A stretch of DNA of 63,561 bases, the filler included, from Chiloscyllium plagiosum (Eukaryota), in the NCBI RefSeq assembly GCF_004010195.1. It is 3 parts of one record of this genome, joined end to end, with 100 filler letters (N's around TTAATTAATTAA, not from the genome) between each part and the next. Parts side by side here need not be neighbours in the genome. Positions count along the whole stretch, not along the records: positions 1 to 28,337 come from NC_057717.1; positions 28,438 to 44,153 come from NC_057717.1; 1 more part is not named here. One strand, 5' to 3'. The translations under genes and the position numbers were made by a program. The notes under the pieces are model-generated. The model had not been told where the DNA came from. It saw nothing but the letters and a program-made list of their open reading frames with translations, and made no database searches. Shown piece after piece: positions 24,590 to 37,350 of the stretch (positions are counted from its first letter, which is position 1; each line of letters opens with the position of its first letter).

Positions 24590-26420
24590 CAAAAAAAGGA
24601 CAAAAACAAAGAAAATATACAGCTCAGGAACAGGCCCTTCGGCACTCCAAGCCTGAGTCAATCCAAACCAACTGTCTAAACCTTTCAGCCAATTTCTAAG
24701 CATTTCTATCCCTCTGCGCCCCACCTACTCATGCATCTGTCCATACTCAGCTTAAATGCGTCTACCGTACCTGTCTCTACCACCTCTGCTGGCAATGCAT
24801 TCCATACGCCCACCACCCTCTGTGTGAAGTACTTGCCGTGTGTATCCCCCTTAAACTTTCCACCTTTCACCTTGAAAGCATGAACTCTAGTTATTGAATC
24901 CTTCACCCTGGGAAAAGGCTTGTCTCTATCCACCGTGTCTATATCCTTCATGATATTGTAAACCTCAATCACGTCCCTCCATCTCCTTTTTTCTAGTGAA
25001 AGTAAACCTAACCTACTCAACCTCTCTTCATAGCTAGCACATTCTATTCCAGGCAACATCCTCGTAAACCTTCTCTGTACCCTCTCCAAAGCATCCATGC
25101 GGCAGAACCAATGTCTTGTACAATTTTAACATGACTTACCGGCTCTTATACTCAATACCCAGTCCAATAAATACATGCATACCAAATGCCTTCTTGAACA
25201 CTCTATCCACCTGTGCAGTAACCTTCAGGGTACAATGGACTTGCACTCCCAAATCTGTCTGCCCCTCTCCGTTTCCTAACGATCCTCTAGAATTAGACTT
25301 GCCTAAATGCATCACTTCACATTTGTCTGGATTGATAAACATCTGCCACTTTTCCGCCCAAATCTCCGGTCTATCTATATCCTCCTGTATTCTCTGACAG
25401 TCCATAATGCTCTCTGCTACTCCACCAATCTTTGTGCCATCTGAAAACTTGCTGATCATACCAACAGTACCCCCTTCTAGATCATTTATGTATATTACAA
25501 ACAACAGTGGACCCTGTGGAACACCACTGGTCACCTTTCTCCATTTTGAAAACCTCCCATCAACTTCTACTCATTGTCTCCTGTTGCTCAACCAGCTCTT
25601 TATCCACCTTGCTAGAACACTCTGCACACCATGTGACCTCACTTTCTCCATTAGTCCACAATGGGGAATCTTATCAAACGCCTTACTAAAGTCCATGTAT
25701 ATGACATTAACAGCCCTTCCTTCATCTAACAACTTAGTCACTTCCTCAAAGAACTCTATTAAGTTGGCAAGGCACGATCTCCCCTGCACAATACCATGTT
25801 CCCTATCACTGATAAACTCATTCTTTTCTAAATATAAATAGATTTTATCTCTCAGTACCCTCTCCAGTAACTTCCCAAATACTGACGTCAGGATCACTGG
25901 TCTGTAGTTACCCGAAATATCCCTACTAACATTCTTGTACAGGTGGACAACATAAGATACACTCCAGTCCTCCTGCACGTCGCCTGTATTTACGGATGCC
26001 AAAAAGGTATCGGTCAGGGCCCCAGGTATTTCCTCTCTCGCCTCCTTCAGCAACCTGGGATAGATCCCATCCGGTCCTGGGGATTTGTCCACCTTAATAA
26101 CCTCTAATAACCTCTAACGCACCCAGCACATCTTCCCTACTTATGCCAACGTCATCAAGACTAATCAAACTTCTATGTCTCATCTCAAGGTTCATTATGT
26201 TCCACTCCTCAGTGAACACTGATGCAAAGTAATCGTTCAGAATCTCACACATTCTCTAAGGTTCAGAACAAAACCTTATTTCGTTGTCATTTAGTGGACC
26301 AATCCTTTCTCCTGCTACCCGCTTGCTTCTAATGTAAGAATAAAATGCTTTGGGATTTTCCTTAATTCTGCTTGCTATAGCTATTTCAAGACCGCTTTTC
26401 GCCCGCTTGATTCCTTGTTT
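24590..26420 (-). mobile_element. CR1 LINE, 5'-truncated ORF2
   Basis: ORFs read MDKSPGPDGIYP..NYRPVILTS..YMDFSKAFDKIPH; GVPQG..YINDL..SKFSDGTK; ALERVQRRFTRMLPG. Confidence 0.93.
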
Positions 26421-26569
26421 AAGACTTTAAGGGGCATTTGTATGGGTATATGATTGGGAAGTGTTTTGATATGGGCCGGGTGATGGCAGGTGAGACAAGA
26501 TTGCATTGGGATATCTGGTCGACATTGACGGGTTGGACTGAATGGTCTGGTTCCATGCTGAACATCTCC

Positions 26570-27510
26570 AGGACTCTGAGTCCAGGACTGGAGAATGTGA
26601 CAGGAATAGGGAGGTTGTATGGACTGGAGAATGTTACAGGGATAGGGATAATGGCATGGACTGAAGAACGTAATAGACATAGGGTGGATGGTATGCACTG
26701 GAGATTATTTCAGGAACAGCGAGGATGGTATTGACTGGAGAAGGTTATGGGATAGGGATGATGGTAGGGACTGGAGAGTATTACAGGTATAAGGAGGGTT
26801 GTTTGGACGTGAAAATATTAAATGGACAGAGAGGGTAGTATGGACTGGCGAATATCCGAGAATGATCTGGTTTTATGCACTAGAAAATATTTTAGAGTGA
26901 GTGAGTGTTGTGCATGCTGGACAGGGATCGGGAAGCTGATCGTGAATGTAGGAGGCTGCAGTCATACAAAGTGTTGTGATGCACTGGAGTACCTTACGAC
27001 ATTAGGATGGGCGACAGTGAGACGAATTGTTTACATATATAAGGAGAATTTAATTGCCTCAAATTCGTCACACCGATAGGGAGGTATACCGCATCTGATG
27101 GAGTGTGCACGGGGGTGGGGGTTGGAGGGGTGGAGGTGGGGAAGCTGTCAGGGTTTGAAGAGGTTAAAAAGATTGAGCGTGTTTTCGAGACTGGAGGGTA
27201 TTACACAGACAGGGATGGATTTAGCGACTGAAGAATGTCAAGAAATAGGGAGGGTTGCAAAGGTGAGAGAAGGTCGCAGCAAGTTGGATATGGGGGTGAA
27301 GGTTATTACAGAGATAGTGATGGTTGTAGGGTCTGGTGGGCATTACACAACCAAGGAGCTTGCAGTCACTGGAGGTATTGACACGTACAGGGAGAGTACT
27401 AGTGGCAGGCAGAGTTTATAGAGACGGGGAGAATGGTTGAGGTGGCGTGAGATTACAGAAATGAGTCGTGTTGTATCAATTGGATGGTTTACACAGGCAG
27501 GTGAGTTTTA
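26570..27510 (+). repeat. Degenerate purine-rich ~38-40 bp minisatellite
   Basis: Recurrent ggactggag(a/g)..ttacag(g)gatagggagg unit. Confidence 0.75.
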
Positions 27511-27516
27511 GAGGTA

Positions 27517-28337
27517 AGAAACAAGGACTGCAGATGCTGTAAACCAGAGTCGAGATGAGAGTGGTGCTGGAAAAGCGCAGGCCAGTCAGCATCCAAGGAG
27601 CAGGAAAATCGACGTTTCGGGCAAAAGACCTTCATCAGGAACAGAGGTAGGGTACCTGTAGAGTGGAGAGATAAATGAGAGGGGGTGGGGGTGGGGAGAA
27701 ATTAGCATAGAGTACAATAGGCGAATGGGGTGGGGATGGAGGTGATAGGTCAGAGAGAAGGCTGGTGTAGATAGGTGGAAAGGAAGATAGGCAGGAAGGA
27801 CACTTCATGAGGGCGGTGCTGAGCTGGAAGGCTGGAGCTGGGGTGAGGTGGGGGAAGGGGAAGTGAAGAAACTGGTGAAATCCACATTGATAGCATGGGT
27901 TTGAAGTGTTCCAAGGCAGAAGATGAGACGTTCTTCCTCCAGGCGCCGGGTAGTGAGGGAGCGGCGGTGCAGTAGGCCCAGGGTCTGCATGTCCTCGGCA
28001 GAGTGGGAGGGAGAGTTGAAATGTTGGGCCACAGGGCGGTGGGGTTGATTGGTCCGGGTGTCCCGGAGATGTCCCCTAAAGCTCTCTGCTTGGAGGTGTC
28101 CAGTCTCCCCAATGTAGAGGAGACCGCATCGGGAGCAATGGATACAATAAATGATATTGGTGTATGTGCATGTGAAACTTTGATGGATGTTGAAGGCTCC
28201 TTTCGGGCCTTGGATGCAGGTGAGGGGGGAGGTGTGGGCGCAGGTTTTGCAATTTCTGCAGTGGCAGGGGAAGGTGCCAGGATGGGAGGGTGTGTTGTAG
28301 GGGGGCGTGGACCTGACCAGGTAGTCATGGAGGAAAT
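27517..28337 (-). mobile_element. Penelope-like element 3' part (GIY-YIG endonuclease region), cut by a gap
   Basis: The - strand encodes ..IYCIHCSRCGLLYIGETG.. and VAQHFNSPSHS..RRLEEERLIFCLGTLQ. Terminal hammerhead motif at 27609-27639. Confidence 0.88.
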
Positions 28338-28439
28338 NNNNNNNNNNNNNNNNNNNNNNNNNNNNNNNNNNNNNNNNNNNNTTAATTAATTAANNNNNNN
28401 NNNNNNNNNNNNNNNNNNNNNNNNNNNNNNNNNNNNNGC

Positions 28440-29965
28440 GTAGTGCAGGCCCTTCGGGCCCCAATGTTGTGCCAAACATTTATCTTAATCTAAGATCAAC
28501 CTAAATACACACCTCTGAAATTGCTGCCGAGCATGTCCTTGACCAGCAGTTGCTTAAATGTTCTTAATGTCTCTAACTTTACTACCAAAGCTAGCAGTGC
28601 AGTCCACGCATCAAAAACTCTTTGCGGAAATAACCTACCTCTGATATCTTCCCTTTACTTTCTCCAGGGAACATAAACGTATGACCTCTCCTGACAGCCT
28701 TTTTCCTGGGTAAACGTCTCTGGTTACCTTCCACTTCTTTAGCCAAGCCATTTATAAAAAAAACAACAATCCTTAATCAAAAATCTTTCTCTAAACAATC
28801 CAAAATCCTATATCTGCGAACATTATTCAGTACCTAGCTGACCACAGACGTAAACCTACCGAGACAATAGTTTCCAGGTTTTTTCTCTACTTACTTCCCT
28901 GAAGAGAAGTACAATAAATGCCTCCCTCCAAACATGAAGAACTACTATGGAGAGGTTGGATTCAAAGATCATTGTCAGAGGTGCAGCAATCTTAGTCCTC
29001 ACTTCTCGTAGGAAATGTGGATACATCTGATCCGGCCCTCGAGATTGAATCATACTCATGCTTTCCAGAATTTCCACCATATCCACATTCTTAGTATGAA
29101 TCTGCTCAAGCCTATTAAGCTCTTCCCCAGTATTCTCTCGAACATCAAGATCCCTCTCTCTCATGAGTACAATAGCAAAAAACTCATTTTGCTCCTTCTC
29201 TATCTCGCCACGCTCAGTTCTTCAGTTCCCTCCACTGGCTTGGATCTAGATTACGCTCTCTCAGATCATTCTCTTATTCCGAAAATACGTGTGCAAAACA
29301 TTTGGATTTTTCCAACTCCTTCCCGCCAAGGCTTTTTGATGCCCCCAACCAGCTTTCCTCAGTCCATTTTTGAGTTCTTTCCTTTCCACCCTGTAATCTT
29401 CAAAATTTGCGCCAGATCCCGCTCTTCTGCTCTTGTCATCCAGGGCTCCTTTCCATTACAATTCCACACCGGTCTCATTGGGACAAAGTTATTCAACACA
29501 GCAACAAAATGCTCCACATTTCTGTTGTGCATTTCGGTAAAGCAATTATTCCTAATTTAAACTCCACAGGTCCTGTCTAAGAGCAGTAAAACATCCCATC
29601 CCCAGATTAAATTCACTCTCATACAGTCAGTTTCTGTTCCTCCCCATGCCGACCGTAAATTTGAGGCATTTATGCTCTCTGTAACCAAAATGCTCTGCCA
29701 CCGAGACATCTGACACCTGGCCTGGCGAATTGCCTCGCACCAAATCCAATATGGCCTCCCCCAGTCGGCATATCTACTTATTGCGTCAGGAATACTTCCT
29801 GGAAACACCTAACAAAATCATCTCCATCCAGATAATCTGCACCATGGATGTTCCAATTAGTATTGGGGAATTTCAAATCACCCTTATCAGCAATTCTGTT
29901 ATATCTGCACGTTTTCAAGATGTACTGTCCAATCTGTCCACTGTCTACAGCAGACAACCAATAAA
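28440..29965 (-). mobile_element. Internally deleted CR1 within the left arm
   Basis: APE and RT-tether remnants (RPYWIW/AILDLV; SRGPDQMYP) and a CR1 3' end. Confidence 0.8.
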
Positions 29966-30137
29966 ATAACTTTCTTTCTTTGTTGTCGGAGCTGCAGTCA
30001 TCCAGGGAAGTGGAAGTATTTCACCATATCCTTGCCTTTTGTTTATTTGATGGAAAGGCTTCAGAGATGTTGATAGTGTGCGATTCAGTAATGGTTAAAT
30101 TCTCTCCCATATTGGATTATGTCATTGTCTGGCACTT

Positions 30138-30451
30138 AGATTAGATTAGATTAGATTACAGTGTGGAAACAGGCCCTTCGGCCCAACAAGTCCACACCGA
30201 CCCGCCGAAGCGAAACCCACCCATACCCCTACATTTACACCTTACCTAACACTACGGCAATTTAGTATGGCCAATTCACCTAACCTGCACATCTTTGGAC
30301 TGTGGGAGGAAACCGGAGCACCCGGAGGAAACCCACGCAGACACGGGGAGAACGTGCAAACTCCACACAGTCAGTCGCCTGAGTCGGGAATTGAACCCGG
30401 GTCTCTGGCGCTGCGAGGCAGCAGTGCTAACCACTGTGCCACCGTGCCGCT
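30138..30451 (-). mobile_element. Young full-length HE1-type SINE, present only in the left arm
   Basis: Intact A and B boxes (gcggcacggtggcacagtggttagc; gggttcaattcccg), (taatc)n tail and flanking CACTT repeat. The empty site is at ~42185 in the right arm. Confidence 0.93.
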
Positions 30452-32764
30452 CACTTGTCTGGTGAGAATGCTATTTGTCATTTATCTTCGCAAGTGGAGA
30501 TATTGTCCACACTTTGCCGCAGTGGACACAGATTTCTTCAAAATGTGATAAATTCAAATAGTGCTGACAATCGTGTAGATATTCCCTCTACGTACCTTTT
30601 GGATTGAAGGCCAGTGACGAAGCAGCTGAAGATGGCTGTACCAAGAATGCTAGACTCAGGAACGCCGATCGACATGTCCTGAGCAGAAAGATATCAAATA
30701 ACTGCAAACACCTTCCAGTGTGTTCGATATAATTACAACTAAAGGAACTTTTTCTTCCAATTCCCATTCACTCCATATTTTCTTGGGCTCCTTGATGTCA
30801 CGTCAGGCCTTGATGGAAAGGGGTGTCATTCTCACTTTAACTCTTGAGATCATGTCGTTTCCCCAACTGTGGAGTGTAAATTAGTGACTAAAGGTGTAAT
30901 GAATCACAAGCCGAGTATTCGTGCTGGAGTCAAAACTGAGGCTGCCAAATTGGCAATTTATAATACTGAGCAGTTCTGATCCCAATGCCATTCAGGGGTG
31001 AGTGAGGTGCTCAACATGAGAGGACAACGACATGCAAATGTGTTCAGCATTGCAGCATTGCTTGTAGATTTAGGGGTCGGGAAATATCAAGTACCAGTTG
31101 AGGAAGGGGACACCTGCTCATATGTGACCTTACTGCACCACACCCCACCCCAGCCAAACACACCCCTACACAAAGCTGTGTTGTGATCGTCACCTCCCCT
31201 CCTCTCACTCAATCACTTACTGTTACTCTGTTACCCAAGATCAATAACAGCCTTCAGGTTGTTGTTGTACTAAATGTTACTGCCTTCCTGTTAAGCAGGG
31301 CCACTGGCCTCTGGCTGGTAATGACCACTCCTTGGCGCTGTCATTTGTGCAAAGCCCTTCTCTTGTCCAGCACAGTGCCCGAGTGACAATACGTACACTA
31401 GGGCTTCATGAAAAGAGGAGACTCTGTTAATGTTGACTCACCAGCCAGTGAGTGAGAGACCATCACCTCCATAAAATATAGCCAGAGAATAGGTTTAGTT
31501 TAGAGTGATGCCCAGTCACCAGATCACGTACGCCTGTCATATGAAGAGAGTGTTTCTTTCATTCAGTTGTTTATTTGGCCAATGAAACGCTGGATTTTGG
31601 AGAGCAGAGTGGATGGGCAGACAATGAACTTAAACTCTGCGAGGCCTCAGATTACCACAGGAACAATTAAACAGTGTTGTCACAAACCCAAAACAAAAGC
31701 AACAGCTGTCCTGGATGATAACGCACAAGTCATCTACAATGAGTCCAGACATGAGAGTGTGGAAGAGCTGGGGTAACGACTTGAAGTATGAACTGAAGAA
31801 CAAGCTGAAACTGTGTGACACTGAGACAAAGAGCTGGGATTTGCAAGCAAGAGGCTGATCCCAATCATATCCAATACTCGGGGCAATTGTGACGTGTCGA
31901 AAGACAACAACGGCTTCTGGAGGAACAGCATCAACCGTAAAGCAACTTACCCAAAAACGTCTCCTGAGTATAGATTCAAGCTAAGTTTCTTAATTACACA
32001 CAATATGCCAAATGTCAACCCAGCAAGTTGCACGGTAAATGATTTTCGAAAAGAGTAAACACCTCTCTTAACAAAGGACCATATTTACACTCAGACCTAC
32101 CAACGACCTGAGCACATAATTCGAAGATTTCTCATCAAACGTTTATAACTTCTTATAGCTCATACTCCAAACGTAAGTTGTTCCTTTTCATGTAAAATTG
32201 CAGCTTATATTAGAGTGACTGACCAGCCCGATGGGGCAAATGGGAGAAGCAGACAGACTAACCTATAATTCCCTGCGCACTATGGTTAGCTTAACATAGA
32301 CAATCCCCTAACCACCACATCTTTGAACTGTGGGAATGGTGAACATTAATTCACAGAAATGGAAGTACTCTTAACTCCTCAGACAGATTGTCTGAGGGTA
32401 CGAGGTGTTGTGTCAAGATGTAGGAGAGCATTCCAAGATAAGGTTGAGATGACTGGGAGTGCTGAAAGATTATATAGTCCTTGATAAGTGCTCCATCATG
32501 GACATGCTGGTCAGGCATGTGTCCCCACTCTATCACCGTCGGAATGAAAGTCGCCAAATCTTTGGCAGCATCTTGACTCCGCTGATGCCTTGGTGACAAA
32601 GAGGCCTTGATGGACCTCAGCAAAGTAGATGCCACTGATGCTTCTGGGCATGACATTGGTCCAAACACGATTCTGTTGTTACCACGAGGCTGCTTTAGAT
32701 ATCGCGAACTAATGCAGTCACTGCAGTTGCTGCCGGATCTTGTACTGGGCCTAAGCTCCATTGC

Positions 32765-33330
32765 TGCCTCCATGAATCTGTGATAGCGACCTGCACTGAC
32801 AGGAACCCAAACTCACCTTATCCCAATCTCCATGAATCTGTGCTTGATACAGATCATGACAAGAACCCGAAAAAACCTTTATCCCTCTCTCCATGAATCT
32901 GCGCTGGATAGCGATACTGACAGAACCCAAACTAATCTTCGCTCTGCCTCAATTAATCTATGATGGATGCAGTAATGACAGTAAATCAAACTCACCTTTT
33001 CTGCCTCCATGAATCTGAGCTGGATACATATACTGATCGGAAACAAAACTCACCTCCGCTTTGCCTCCATGGACCTCTGCTGGATACAGACACTGACAGA
33101 AAACTGACCCACTGGCACCCTACCTCCATGAGTCTGTGCTGGATGCTCATGCTGTCAAAATCCCAGACTCACCTGCACAGCTAATTTTGTGAATCTATGA
33201 TAGATACAGATATTGCCATGAACAAAAACAGATCTCATCTGCTGCCTGCACGAAACTGTACTGGATATGGGCACTGCCAAGGACCGAGACTCATCACCGC
33301 CTGAGCAGCCATGAATTAGCGTCAGGACAG
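32765..33330 (+). repeat. ~50 bp minisatellite (left arm)
   Basis: Unit ctccatgaatctgtgctggatacagacactgacaggaacccaaactcacct, roughly 11 degenerate copies. Confidence 0.88.
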
Positions 33331-33779
33331 GAGCCATCAGGAACCCAAACTCTCTCGGCTATCTCCGTTGTGAGTCCATGCTGCTCGACAGACTCACAGG
33401 TTTCGCTGCTCTTCACCAAGAGGTAATTAAAATAAACTACAAGAAAACTTACAAGCGAACGCAGACAGGCATCTACATTCATATGGAACACAGTCTCACA
33501 CTAATGTTCTTAGTCTAAATGTTTGTTAAACTTCCTCAGAATTACACGGAATCTGTGAATATCGGTGTGCCTAGGTTCGGATTTGATTTGATTTATGTAT
33601 CGTCACGTGTCGCGAACAACAGTGAAACCCTTTGTTTATAAGCAATATAGGCACATGATAGTATGCGAGGATGAAGAGATCAAAAAAGACTTGGAAAAAT
33701 GTTACATTGCAGAGAGTGGGCACAAGGCAAATTCAATGTCAGCAAGATCAGTATGATTTGAACAAGAGAGTCTCATAAC

Positions 33780-35700
33780 CGTCTAATAACAGCTGGGGAA
33801 AAGCTGTTCCTGCACCTGCTGGTGGATGTGTTCAAGCTTCAGTGTCTTCTACCTGACGGAATGCACGTAAGGAGTACATGACCGGGGTGAGTTAGGTCCT
33901 TGGTGATGTTGCCTGCCGTTTCGTGGCAGCGAGATGTGTAAATGGAGTTCATTGATAGAGTATTCGATTCCATAATGGCCTGGGCTGCGCACACAATCCT
34001 TCGTAGTTTGTTATGATCCTGAGCTTCACAGTTGCCATAAATGGCCTTCTGGACCCAGACAGTATGCGCTCAAAGGTGCAACTGTCGAAGTTAGTGTGGG
34101 TCCTTGTGCACATGCCAAACTTCCTGAGCTCTCTGAGGAAGAAGAGGCGTTGTTGTATATTGTCCATTATGGTCAGTCGAGGAGATTTGACATTTTCCAT
34201 TCTCTCAACCTCATTCCCATTGATGTAGATGGAAGCGTGTTGTTCTCCTTTCCTTCTGAAGTCAATTATATGCTATTTAATTTTACCAAAATTGACAGAG
34301 AGAGAGAAGCTATTCTCATTGCACCACGTCAATGAACTCTCTATCTCCCTTCAGTCTTTTTATTCCTCGTTGTCACATTTCCCTCCTGTTACAGTGCTGT
34401 CGTCAGTGAACGTATAGATGGTGTTCGTTCGGGATCCGTGGGTGTAAAGGGAATACAGTAACTGGTTGAGCACTCATTATTTGGGGGACGCAAGTGGTGA
34501 AGGTTATTCGGGAGAAGGTGCAGTTGCCTATCTTCAATGATTGGTATCTGTGGGACAGACAGCTGCGGATCCAGTTGCAGAGGATAAAATCATGACAAAT
34601 GTCACAGGGTTTTGATTTCAATGTCGAGAGGATAAGAGTGTTGAAGGCAGAGGGGTAGTCAATGAGCAGGAGTCTGACAAAAGTGTCCTTGTCCAGAAGT
34701 TCCAGGGATGCAGGGCGAGAGATATTTCATTCACTGTGGACCTGTTACTTTAAAAGGCAAATTTGAAGTGACCAAGGCAGTCTGGGAGAATGGAGTTGAT
34801 GTGGAACCTCACCGGCTTCTCGAAGCACTTCAGGATTATTGTGCTCAGGCCACTGGGCGGTCGTCATGAAGGAACAATGCATGAGTTTTGTTTCCTCACT
34901 TACGAAGAAGATGGTGGTCTTCTTGAAGCAGATTGGGACTTCAGCTTGTAGAAGAGAGAGTTTGAAGATGTCAGAGAATTTTCCGTGAGCTGGTCCACAC
35001 TGGAGCTGAGTGCCTGGCAGGGACAGTGTTTGGGCCAAGCAGCGTCGTTAGGGTAATTCCCAGGAGGACTGAACTGATTTCTACAGCAGTGACCAACAAC
35101 TTGAAGCATTGACATGAAAGAGGATTATTTTATTATGAAAAGACTTCTTAATAGCAAAACTTGTCTAATTATTCAATTTCCTCTCTTGACAAATTCACAA
35201 AATGCATTGGCTATCGAGGGAACATGGCATGGCTCTCAGAGAGGGACAGGATGACGCTGTTTCCGATCGGTTACAAACGACTATGGTGTTCGATCAGACC
35301 AAATAGCATCTCAGGGCAAGATGCACAGGCTCCTGTTGTATGGGCCTTGCCCATGAACTTTGGCATCTGGCATTTGCTGGTCCCCAGTCCAGGAATCGAC
35401 CATAGTCTGTTCCGGGGGGGGGGGGGGGGGGGGGTGGTGGAGGTGTGCGGTGGGGATTGCCTTTGCGTCTGCAATCCAGAGACTTGGTTTCAACAGTCCT
35501 TTGGCTACAAAGTGACCAGTTCGGGGATTGGGAACTGTTGTCCAGGAAAATGATTTTGCAATTCTTCACCTCTGAGGACTGTGCGTTGAGAGGTCGAGGA
35601 GATTGCAGTTGTGCGCGAGGATGGGTGATAACACTATATGCAATGGTGAATAAAATGAATTTTGGATAGGAAGGGATTCCATAAATTTGTTGGATGAGGT
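33780..35700 (-). mobile_element. Decayed Rex1/Babar-type LINE
   Basis: Reads QQRLFFLRELRKFGM..CTFERILSG (33949-34200), DIFKLSLLQAEVPICFKKTTI (34745-35038) and LCNWI..L..R.QS.KIG. Confidence 0.75.
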
Positions 35701-35969
35701 ATGACGGTATTTGCAGCTCAGCCTTACCTCGGCAAAACTTGTTCCTCTTCCTTCCACATATGACACCAGGCTCTCAGTACACACATTGATCCTATGTGAC
35801 CATGTCGTTAGGCATCATGGTGCTGCAGTTATATTAAGCCTTCTCTCCACCGAGAGGGAAACAGCCAAGTGGAAGGTCAAGCTGATACCACTTATCGAAA
35901 AGGATCAAATAACGTACGTGGTTTGTCACGCTTGCCACTAAACCTCCCTTTCCTTCATTGTCACAGATT

Positions 35970-37350
35970 TAATGAATACCAGTTACTGTGTTGGGCAGGA
36001 AGGATCGGACTCCTTGTTGCTGCCTGTTAGCCCTGCAGTGGTTTGTTCAGTCAGCCTCGCAGCATTTCTGTCTGGCAGGGGTGAGGGAGCTCTGACAATG
36101 CTGAGCAGAACTGGGCAGCGGTTTGCAGGTGGAGGCTCAGCCACTTCTATGACATCTTCAGTCTGGGTCGTCGGTGTGACCTGTGTGTGCTTCCTCCTCC
36201 AGCAAGGCACTGTCCCTATTACTTGTGATTACAAAGTGGCACCGCGACTACACGCCCGTGGAGCAGTGGTCGATGGGTTACAGCTTTGTGCCCATGGCCA
36301 GCAGACGCTGAGGTTGCTGGGCCTGCTTCTCCATGGCCACTGCGAAACTGTTCTTGGAGGTTAGATGATTCATTGATTGGGATATCTGGATCCCCATAAT
36401 GTATCTGCATCCCTGTCGTCTTTCAAGTGTATATCCCTGTCTGCTGCATCTGCTGCTCCCTGGTACATGTCGATATTTGCCGACACCACGGTCTCTTCTG
36501 CCCGTCCCGGGTCGCTGGCAGCCCTCTGAGTTCTGTGACAAATGACACAGTGAGGTGCTTACCAGACTGTGCTCCCACACCCTCAATAGCTCACATTCCC
36601 AGGAAGCTGGTGGTGTGTGCTGGACGCAGCCTTACTAATATTTCCTTTGAGGCCGCAATACTTTCATGCTCAGAGAACGAGGAGGTGTCTTCTTAGCCTG
36701 CGGAGCGAGAGTAGATGCTGACAGAACCGGCAGAACACGAGAGACAGAAGTTTCGAGGACCAATGCAAAGATACACTGAAGAATTAATGAGACTGACAGA
36801 GTGCTAACAAAGGAGTGAAGAATGGTATTTTCTCGCTTAGTGGAATGTGGGTGTATCAGGTTTTCTTGTGAGAAACAAGAGTTACTCCTCACAGGTTGAG
36901 GAATCTGGTGTCAGACACCTCTCCACCAATCCAAGAGTTTTCTGTCCTCCAGTGTTCTCTCTTCTCCTGGAATGACAGAAAGGGAAGGATGTAGTGAGAG
37001 ATTTAAGTTTTGCATGGTTCTTGGTGTTGGTACATGGCGGGAGGTATTCCGAGGTAGTGACGTGGAAATGCCGATGCGATGTTGGTTTGGAAGATGAGGA
37101 AGACGTCAGTGACAGCATGAATCTGGGTAGGAGGGGGTGCTGGGGCTGGGATAGAGTGAGTCGGAGGGGGAAGGTGGGTGGTCACAGAGACTCTGACACA
37201 TAGCATTCTTACGGCACTGTTGGTAGATTTTCTGTACCATTCTCTGGCATGTTCGAAAGGATTCCTATCTCAGCAGGGCAAGGTTGCCATGCTAGTGCTC
37301 ATGTGGGTGCACAGCAGCTTCCTTGTGATGGCTCAGCTCCCAGGATATCG
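35970..37350 (-). mobile_element. Decayed intron-containing Myb/SANT-like gene of PIF/Harbinger type
   Basis: The - strand gives LAW..YQQCRK at ~37208-37290. After a ttccag acceptor at 36967 it reads EKREHWRTENSWIGGEVSDTRFL, resembling EK.AHN.RE..TGGG..D.R.L. S/T/P-rich frames follow. Confidence 0.45.

Larger units (their letters stand above)
28437..33856 (-). repeat. Left arm of a ~5.5 kb inverted segmental duplication
   Basis: Reverse complement of 38151-43887. Paired near-identical ORFs, e.g. 28856-29164(-) vs 43162-43470(+) and 33155-33337(-) vs 39029-39316(+). Confidence 0.95.

Noticed and set aside
28382..28393. TTAATTAATTAA palindrome inside an N-run (also at 44198-44209)
   Set aside because: An identical 12-mer centred in two gaps with stops in all six frames is an artificial contig-join linker, not biology.
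30138..30451. tRNA gene suggested by intact A and B boxes
   Set aside because: It is the tRNA-derived head of an HE1-type SINE with body and tail.
35414..35433. Poly-G run giving poly-Pro/Gly ORFs
   Set aside because: A simple homopolymer within a decayed LINE region, possibly mis-sized by sequencing.
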